Positions 56,176 to 64,000 of a DNA stretch of 64,000 nucleotides are shown here, piece after piece. The notes under the pieces were generated by a model that saw only the letters and a program-made list of their open reading frames with translations, searched no databases and was not told where the DNA came from. The DNA comes from Neocallimastix sp. 'constans' (taxonomy: Eukaryota). Each line of letters opens with the position of its first letter. The first letter of the stretch is position 1. The stretch lies in assembly GCA_050613775.1 (NCBI GenBank), contig JBODTK010000121.1:310001-374000 (forward strand), written 5' to 3'. The position numbers and the translations under genes were made by a program.

Positions 56176-59100
56176 ATGACTACAACTTTCTTGTTAACCG
56201 TTAATAACAAAAAGATTAAAACCAGAATCCTTATTGACTCGGGCTCTGCTAGAAGTTATCTCTGCAAAAGCTTCGTAACAGCAAACAAAATTCCTTATTC
56301 AAACCTCTCAAATACGATCAATGTAAAACTTCCTAATGAAAAGAATATGGCTATAAAACAAGTTACAAAACGTCTTAAGCTTACTTTCATGGACCATACG
56401 GAAACATTTGAATTCTTTATAGCCAATTTACAACTTCAAGACGTATCTGCAATCCTTGGAAGAGATTGGTTAAGCCTTCATTCACCCTACATTGATTACA
56501 AAAATAATAAAATTTACTTCTTGGAAAGCTACTGTAAAAACCATTGCCCTTCTGCTAAGGGTAATAGGTTTGTTTTCCATTCATCAGATATTACTGCTTC
56601 TCTCTTACCCAATAATGAACAGAAGGAAGAAATTCCTCTTGACTCAATAATTCCAGATTCCATACCTGAAGACGAACTTAGCGATATGAACATTTGCGCT
56701 GCTTTAGTTCACAATAGTGAAATTAAGAATACCAAAAGAAATAAAAAAACAATTAAAAAATATTATTATGACCTTTGTATTGTATTTGAAAAGAAAGAAG
56801 CTGATAAACTCCCTCCACACCGTGTTTATGATATATCCATTGATTTAGTTCCCTGTGCTCAACTTTATTTTGGACCAATTTATTCGTTGACTGTTGAAGA
56901 AAAGAAGGCACTTCTTGAATACATTAAGGAAAACCTTGCTAAAGGATTCATTAGAAAATCAAAATCTCCTGCTGGTGCCCCGGTGCTATTTGTTAGAAAA
57001 CGTGACGGTTCTCTTAGACTTTGTGTTGACTATAGAAAGCTCAATTCTATCACCATTAGAAACAGTTATCCAATTCCTAGGATATCTGATTTGATAGAAT
57101 CATTTAAAGGTGCTATTATTTTCTCTCGGCTTGACTTAAGATCTGCCTATAACTTAGTTCGTGTCAAGAAAGGCCATGAATACCTTACTGCTTTTCGTAC
57201 TCCTTTTGGTCATTTTGAATACCGTGTAATGCCTTTTGGTTTACGTAATGCACCTTCGGTTTTTCAACGCTTTATCCAAGACATTTTTTCTGATGATATT
57301 GGCTTGTTTCTCTTTGTCTACTTAGATGACATTATAATATATTCGAAAAACCTTACTGAACATATTAAACATGTTCATCATGTCCTTTCCTTGTTAGTCA
57401 AAAATGGTCTCTATGTAAAACTTGAAAAATGTGAATTTCACGTTCCTGAAACTACTTTTTTAGGGTTTGTTGTATCAATAAATGGCCTTTCTATGGATAA
57501 AAACAAAGTAAAATCAATTCTTGAATGGCCTACTCCAAAAAACATGAATGAACTTCAAAGTTTCCTCGGACTCTGTAACTACTATAGGAAATTCATAAAG
57601 AATTTCGCCATAATTATGGAACCCTTAAGAATACTCCTCAAGAAGAATAACGAGTTCAAATGGAATGATGATGCTGAGAATGCCTTCAAAAAATTAAAAC
57701 TTGCTTTTACCACAGACGAAATCCTTATCTACCCCGATCCAGATAAGGAATTCACTGTTGAAACTGATGCCAGTGATTTTGCTGTGGGTTGCATTCTTTC
57801 TCAAGTCAGTGACAAGGATAACGAACTTCACCCTGTCGCTTTTCATTCTAGGTCTTTGTCATCTTCTGAATTAAATTATACAATATATGACAAGGAACTA
57901 CTCGCTATTATCACCGCTTTTGAAACCTGGCGTCACCACCTTGAAGGGGCTAAGTTTCCTGTTCAAATCATTACCGATCACAGGAATTTATTATATTTTA
58001 AAAAGCCTCAACATTTAAACCAACGCCAGATAAGATGGAGCCTCTTTCTTTCTAAGTTTGACTTTAGGATTTCGTTCAGACCTGGATCAAGGTGTGGTAA
58101 ACCAGATTCGTTGTCGAGACGTCCGGATTATAATTCCGTGGTTTCCCTCCACAACAAAGACAGTCCTTTATTGGATGATAATGCCTTTTGTTGTGCAAAC
58201 ACTATTATCAGTAGCTTGATTGATACCCAACCGACTGACAAATTTTGTGGATCAAGGAGTAGTGAACCAGATTCGTCGTCGAGACGTCCGGATTATAATT
58301 CCGTGGTTTCCCTCCACAACAAAGACAGTCCTTTATTGGATGATAATGCCTTATGTTGTGCAAACACTGATAATATTAGTAGTTTGATTGATGCCCAAAC
58401 GGCTGACACATATTGCAAATCTATTTTAGAAAAGATTAAAACTAAGTCAAACACAGTTAAAAGTTCTTTATTTTCTTTAAATGAAGGGGTCTTACATTTC
58501 CAAAACAGAATCATCGTCCCATCCACTTTAAGAGCAAGAATTTTGAAATCTTTTCATGATTCACCCACCAACGGACACCAAGGTATTGACAAAACTCTTG
58601 ATAAAATCAAGAGATACTACTGGTGGCCTAATATGAAGAAAGATATTCATAATTATGTACTTTCTTGTTCAACTTGTGCTAGGTGTAAAATTCGTAGACA
58701 TAAACCCTACGGAAAAATTCAACCGTTGCCTGTTCCCAATAAACCATGGGAAATTATTGGGGTTGATTTTATAGTTTCGTTACCTAGTTCACAAGATTGC
58801 ACATGTATTATGGTGGTTTCGGATCACTTAACAAAGATGATCCATTTAGTTCCTTGCTCCGACGTCCCTTCCGCTGACCTGACCGCCAAGATGCTCCTTT
58901 ACAACGTTTTTCGGTATCATGGATTCCCTAAAATCATTGTCTCTGATCATGGCTCCCAGTTCTCTTCTGAATTTTGGACCTCACTCTGCTCAGCTCTAAA
59001 TACTAAGCCAAGACTCGCTACTGCTCATCACCAACAAACAAATAGTCAAGTCGAAAGGGCTAATTCCGTAATCGAACAATATTTACGATGCTACTGTTCT

Positions 59101-59601
59101 ACTGCCCAAAATGAATGGTGCTTTTATCTACCTCTTTGTGAAATGGCTTATAACAACTCATTTCACAAATCTATAAACATGTCGCCTTTCTGTGCAAATT
59201 ATGGTTTTAATCCAGTATGCAATATTGACTCTCCTCCTGTTCTTTTAAAAGATAATGCCTCTGTACTTACTAGGGATTGGTCTGCCCATTTTGATGCCCT
59301 TAAAAAGCACCTTATCAAAGCTAAAGAAGATTTCAAAAAGTTTGGTGACTCTAGGAAAGCTTCTGGTCCTACTTTCCATGTTAACGACATGGTTTGGTTG
59401 AAAAGGTATTACTTCTCCAATGAACCTGCAAAAAAGCTTTCTAACCAGTATCTTGGACCCTTTAAGGTCATAGAAGTGAGGGAAAGAATGAACTACCGGC
59501 TTGAATTACCAGAAAATCTTCATTTACACCCGGTATTTCATATCTCGCAGTTGGAGCCTTATACTGAAAGAGACATAGGATTAAAGGAACCATCACCATA
59601 A
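56176..59601 (+). CDS. pol: E5 Pol (PR, RT, RNase H, IN) in the same frame as gag after a TAA; carries a 55-aa internal duplication
   Basis: LIDSGSA, YLDD, ETDASDFAVG, HHCC, VDFI/SDHG/E and GPF motifs. Confidence 0.93.
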   Translation: MTTTFLLTVNNKKIKTRILIDSGSARSYLCKSFVTANKIPYSNLSNTINVKLPNEKNMAIKQVTKRLKLTFMDHTETFEFFIANLQLQDVSAILGRDWLSLHSPYIDYKNNKIYFLESYCKNHCPSAKGNRFVFHSSDITASLLPNNEQKEEIPLDSIIPDSIPEDELSDMNICAALVHNSEIKNTKRNKKTIKKYYYDLCIVFEKKEADKLPPHRVYDISIDLVPCAQLYFGPIYSLTVEEKKALLEYIKENLAKGFIRKSKSPAGAPVLFVRKRDGSLRLCVDYRKLNSITIRNSYPIPRISDLIESFKGAIIFSRLDLRSAYNLVRVKKGHEYLTAFRTPFGHFEYRVMPFGLRNAPSVFQRFIQDIFSDDIGLFLFVYLDDIIIYSKNLTEHIKHVHHVLSLLVKNGLYVKLEKCEFHVPETTFLGFVVSINGLSMDKNKVKSILEWPTPKNMNELQSFLGLCNYYRKFIKNFAIIMEPLRILLKKNNEFKWNDDAENAFKKLKLAFTTDEILIYPDPDKEFTVETDASDFAVGCILSQVSDKDNELHPVAFHSRSLSSSELNYTIYDKELLAIITAFETWRHHLEGAKFPVQIITDHRNLLYFKKPQHLNQRQIRWSLFLSKFDFRISFRPGSRCGKPDSLSRRPDYNSVVSLHNKDSPLLDDNAFCCANTIISSLIDTQPTDKFCGSRSSEPDSSSRRPDYNSVVSLHNKDSPLLDDNALCCANTDNISSLIDAQTADTYCKSILEKIKTKSNTVKSSLFSLNEGVLHFQNRIIVPSTLRARILKSFHDSPTNGHQGIDKTLDKIKRYYWWPNMKKDIHNYVLSCSTCARCKIRRHKPYGKIQPLPVPNKPWEIIGVDFIVSLPSSQDCTCIMVVSDHLTKMIHLVPCSDVPSADLTAKMLLYNVFRYHGFPKIIVSDHGSQFSSEFWTSLCSALNTKPRLATAHHQQTNSQVERANSVIEQYLRCYCSTAQNEWCFYLPLCEMAYNNSFHKSINMSPFCANYGFNPVCNIDSPPVLLKDNASVLTRDWSAHFDALKKHLIKAKEDFKKFGDSRKASGPTFHVNDMVWLKRYYFSNEPAKKLSNQYLGPFKVIEVRERMNYRLELPENLHLHPVFHISQLEPYTERDIGLKEPSP

Positions 59602-60612
59602 AGGGAGCAATGTAAGAATCTATAATTATTTTTAACAAAATAATTATATTTTCTTAGTTAGGTTATAATTAATATAACTTTTATTTAACTCATATTTCAT
59701 TTATACAATTAATTATAATTAATAATTTATTTAATTATATATTAAAATTTTATTTAGTTTAATATTAAAAATTTATTTAATTAAATAATTTTTATACATT
59801 TAAAATAATATTAAATTTATTTAATTATTCACTTAATTATTAAATTTATTAGTTTTAGTTTTCTCTCACTTATTAAATCATAAACTAAAACACTATTCTG
59901 TATTTTATCATGTATTCTGTATTCTATCATGTATTCTGTATTGTATTAATCATGTATTTTATTATTAATGTATTGTTTTATATTTTTTATGTAAAGTTCT
60001 ATAAAATAGAACTAAATAGATTAAATTTTAAATTTTATGATCGAAATAATTTTCATTGTTTTATTCTTTTATTTTCGATCATTATATTAGATTAAGTAAT
60101 CGGTTAATTAAGGTTTTTCCAATTACTTCTTAAAAGTAATCGGTTTTACTTAATTAACGCGACGATCGATATGGATAGAATATCGATCAAAAAACTTATC
60201 TAGGTTTTTCTTCTAGTCTTTTCCTAGATAAGAGATTTGTTAAGATTAGAACCCCTTTTGATTTTAACCTTATTTTGAAAAAAAAGTATAAATAAGGCTC
60301 TTGAGTTCTCTTTGAGAAATCAAGAGTTATTATTATAATAATTATAATATAATAATAATAACAATAAGTTTTAACATTTAAAATTTTTAATAAAAAATAA
60401 AACAAATTATTTTAATAAAACAAATTTTATAATTAAAACTTTTCCTTATCAATTTTAGTGTTTCGTCTATTATAATTCGTTATAATAAACTCGATAATTA
60501 GAAAGAACCATAGGTAAGTATGATTCTTTTCTAAACCTTTAATATTAGCAGTTAGAGCTAATATTAATGATTAATAATTTAATTATAATTTTTTAATTAA
60601 ATTATTACAATT

Positions 60613-61454
60613 TGGTAAAGAACGAACATATAATAATTATTAATTAGAAATTCAACTTACTTTAGAATCCATTATATTATTCTTTACTTAATATTACTTT
60701 ATTATATTTTCTATACTAAAATATTTTCTAAATATATATATATTTTTTTTTATATTTTTATTAAAAGTTTCTAAAATATTATCAATAATTCTATATTTTT
60801 ATTATTAATATCAATATCTATAATTTAACCTTAAATTTTATTATTTTATTAAAGTGTTTATTATCAATATTAATATTTTATTTTTATTTTCAAATATATT
60901 ATTATATTATTATTATATTGTATTAATATTAAAATTGTATTCTTTTTAGTATTTTATTTTATTTTTAAATTGATTATTTAATATTTTTATTCCCCACAAA
61001 TAAAATCAATTCTTAATTGATTGATAATAAATATTAAATATATTATAGTTTTTAAATTTATTTTATATAAAATATAAGAATATTATATTAATAGTCTTGA
61101 TTAAAATAACTTTATTTTTCTGTAAAATCTTTTTAAATTTTGTTTGTTTCTTTTTGTATATATTAAATAATTTAGTTTTAGTATATGAAAAATAATATAA
61201 AATTATATAAACAAAATTTATTAAAATAAAAATATTTATGAATTAATTAATTTAAATTAATATAAAATTGAAGTAATTAGTAATAGTAGATTATTTTTTT
61301 TAAATATGATAACAAAATGTAGAAAGGCTTTACATATTTATTTTTTTTTCAAAAAGTATAAATAAGTGAAGTTTTTCAAGAATTAAAATGTAGACAGAAA
61401 AATATTAAAAATAAATAATTAAATAAAAATTCTAATAAAACCCGAACCATAACA
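60613..61454 (+). mobile_element. Solo LTR, distantly related to the E1 LTR
   Basis: Starts TGGTAAAGAACGAA (E1: TGGTAAAGAATGAA), shares ATTCTTTACT, ends AACCCGAACCATAACA (E1: AACCCCGAGTCTACCA); no PBS follows. Confidence 0.75.
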
Positions 61455-61458
61455 AATT

Positions 61459-61925
61459 TGATACGTAACCACTATAAAAATGGTATTTAGGTAGATTCTT
61501 TAGCTTAAAGAAATACTTAAATATTATTGGTCAATAATAATTTTATAATAATATATATAATTTTAGAATAATAATTATTATACGGAGAATTCTTTTATTT
61601 ATAAGTTTATACTTATGATAAATTAATTCACATAAATAACTATTTTATATTTTATTTTAGTATAGTTAAAAAGAGATATTATATATATTTGAGATAATTA
61701 ATTATAATATTTATATAAGAGAGTAATAATAATAATAATTTATGTAATAATTAATAATTAATAATAAATAAAGAGAACATTAAAAAGATATAATATTACT
61801 TTATTTTGTATTATTGTATGTGTTATTTCTATTTAATATTAGAATATATTATTTTGTCATAATTCCTTATTGTCATTGCCCATAAATAAATATTAATTTA
61901 GATATATAAATAAAATACCGTATCA
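61459..61925 (+). mobile_element. Solo LTR of the E3 3'-LTR family, flanked by AATT on both sides
   Basis: Highly similar to 46350-46813; AATT at 61455-61458 and 61926-61929. Confidence 0.93.
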
Positions 61926-61929
61926 AATT

Positions 61930-62399
61930 TAATACGTGACCACTATAAAAATGGTATTTAGGTAGATTCTTTAGGTTAAAGAAATACTTAAATATTATTG
62001 GTCAATAATAATTTTATAATAATATATATAATTTTAGAATAATAATTATTAAACGGAGAATTCTTTTATTTATAAGTTTATACTAACGATGATAAATTAA
62101 TTCACATAAATAGCTATTTTTATATTTTATTTTAGTATAGTTAAAAGAGATATTATATATATTTGAGATAATTAATTATAATATTTATATAAAAGAGTAA
62201 TAATAATAATAATTGATGTAATAATTAATAATTAATAATAAATAAAGAGAACATTAAAAAGATATAATATTACTTTATTTTGTATTATTGTATGTGTTAT
62301 TTCTATTTAATATTAGAATATATTATTTTGTCATAATTCCTTATTGTCATTGCCCATAAATAAATATTAATTTAGATACATAAATAAAATATCGTATCA
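61930..62399 (+). mobile_element. Second solo LTR of the E3 3'-LTR family (5' TG mutated to TA)
   Basis: Highly similar to 61459-61925 and 46350-46813; followed by AATT. Confidence 0.93.
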
Positions 62400-62405
62400 A
62401 ATTTT

Positions 62406-63383
62406 TGTAAGAATCTATAATTATTTTTAACAAAATAATTATATTTTCTTAGTTAGGTTATAATTAATATAACTTTTATTTAACTCATATTTCATTTATA
62501 CACCTAATTATAATTAATAATTTATTTAATTATATATTAAAATTTTATTTAGTCTAATATTAAAAATTTATTTAATTAAATATTTTTTATACATTTAAAA
62601 TAATATTAAATTTATTTAATTATTCACTTAATTATTAAATTTATTAGTTTTAGTTTTCTCTCACTTATTAAATCATAAACTAAAACACTATTCTGTATTC
62701 TATCATGTATTCCGTATTGTATTAATCATGTATTTTATTATTAATGTATTGTTTTATATTTTTTATGTAAAGTTCTATAAAATAGAACTAAATAGATTAA
62801 ATTTTAAATTTTATGATCGAAATAATTTTCATTGTTTTATTCTTTTATTTTCGATCATTATATTAGATTAAGTAATCGGTTAATTAAGGTTTTTCCAATT
62901 ACTTCTTGAAAGTAATCGGTTTTACTTAATTAACTCGATGATCGATATGGATAGAATATCGATCAAAAAACTTATCTAGGTTTTTCTTCTAGTCTTTTCC
63001 TAGATAAGAGATTTGTTAAGATTAGAACCCCTTTTGATTTTAACCTTATTTTGAAAAAAAAGTATAAATAAGGCTCTTGAGTTCTCTTTGAGAAATCAAG
63101 AGTTATTATTATAACAATTATAATATAATAATAATAACAATAGTTTTAACATTTAAAATTTTTAATAAATAATAAAACAAATTATTTTAATAAAACAAAT
63201 TTATAATCAAAACTTTTCCTTATCAATTTTAGTGTTTCGTCTATTATAATTCGTTATAATAAACTCGATAATTAGAAAGAACCATAGGTAAGTATGATTC
63301 TTTTCTAAACCTTTAATATTAGCAGTTAGAGCTAATATTAATGATTAATAATTTAATTATAATTTTTTAATTAAATTATTACA
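62406..63383 (+). mobile_element. Solo LTR of the E5 family
   Basis: Colinear with 53309-54307 with a few substitutions and one fewer internal TATTCTGTATT-type repeat. Confidence 0.95.
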
Positions 63384-63387
63384 ATTT

Positions 63388-64000
63388 TGTTACGATACAA
63401 ATAATAAATAAAAAATAAATAAAAAATTAAATAAACTATTAAGATTAATTAATAAATAAATAAGAATAAAATACTAAAGTATTAAAATATATAATAAGGA
63501 AATTAAATAATGTATAAATAATTAAATTATTTAAAATAATGTATTAATTGTATTTATTTAATATTGTAATAGTAAACAATTAGATATTTTATTATAAATA
63601 ATTAAAATTATATTTATTATTATTTTATATTTTTATTATAAAATTTTTATTATACTTTATTATATTTTTATTATTATCTTATATTAAATATTATATTAAA
63701 ATTATATTTTATTATATTTATTATTATAAAATTATTATATTTTTGTTATTATATTTTTATATTTTTATTTTTATTTTTACTCCAATCAAATAAATGTTTT
63801 AATGATATAAAAAGAACAAAGTAAAAAAATACTTTAGTTCTTCCTCTTCTTTCAACTTTATTTTTATATTTTTCTTTTAATTTTTCGAGAATGAAATAGT
63901 AAATATTTAGTATTAGTATTAATAAATAATTAAATAAATAATTATATAAAATTAAATTTTTCTATAGTTAAATTGATTAGTTTTGTTTTTGTGTTTTATT
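63388..64000 (+). mobile_element. Start of another LTR-like unit, cut by window end
   Basis: TGTTACG start after ATTT spacer, same junction pattern as all other units; sequence differs from the E4 LTR after the first 7 nt. Confidence 0.6.

Larger units (their letters stand above)
53309..60609 (+). mobile_element. E5: Tf1/sushi-like Ty3/gypsy element with self-priming PBS
   Basis: 999-bp LTRs 53309-54307 and 59611-60609 (TGTAA...TTACA); no TGG PBS; PPT AAAGGGAGCAA; pol motifs LPPHRVYD, YLDDIIIYS, NYTIYDKELLAI, HPVFHISQLEPY typical of fungal Tf1/chromovirus-lineage elements. Confidence 0.95.

Noticed and set aside
25546..60609. Strict age gradient among full-length elements by LTR identity
   Set aside because: By eye E1 LTRs differ at more positions than E2 LTRs, so order is not monotonic in LTR divergence; only the coarse full-length-to-solo trend is supported.

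Overview
Extremely AT-rich eukaryotic DNA with GT-AG introns and poly-Asn proteins; the style suggests an anaerobic gut fungus (Neocallimastigomycota), which is an inference. The left 24 kb holds a single-exon 7TM/GPCR-like gene, a two-exon small secreted Cys-rich gene, a decayed LINE, a multi-exon RhoGEF(DH)-PH-SH3-SH3 gene and a truncated Ty1/copia remnant. From 25546 to the window end lies an unbroken, same-orientation, head-to-tail stack of at least 10 Ty3/gypsy units from several families (4 full-length gag-pol elements, 1 gag-only element, 4 solo LTRs, 1 LTR cut by the window edge). They are separated only by 3-6 nt AATTTT-like spacers. The stack starts 15 nt upstream of a ~65-nt A-box/B-box/T-run Pol III-type unit that does not fold as a tRNA, so it looks like a single landing pad hit repeatedly. 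The long 5' leaders carry GC-richer structured RNA modules with compensatory base changes. One ~160-190-nt module is shared between a tRNA-Ala-primed element and a distantly related self-priming Tf1/sushi-type element. Coordinates and pairings were read by eye; no searches or folding programs were run.
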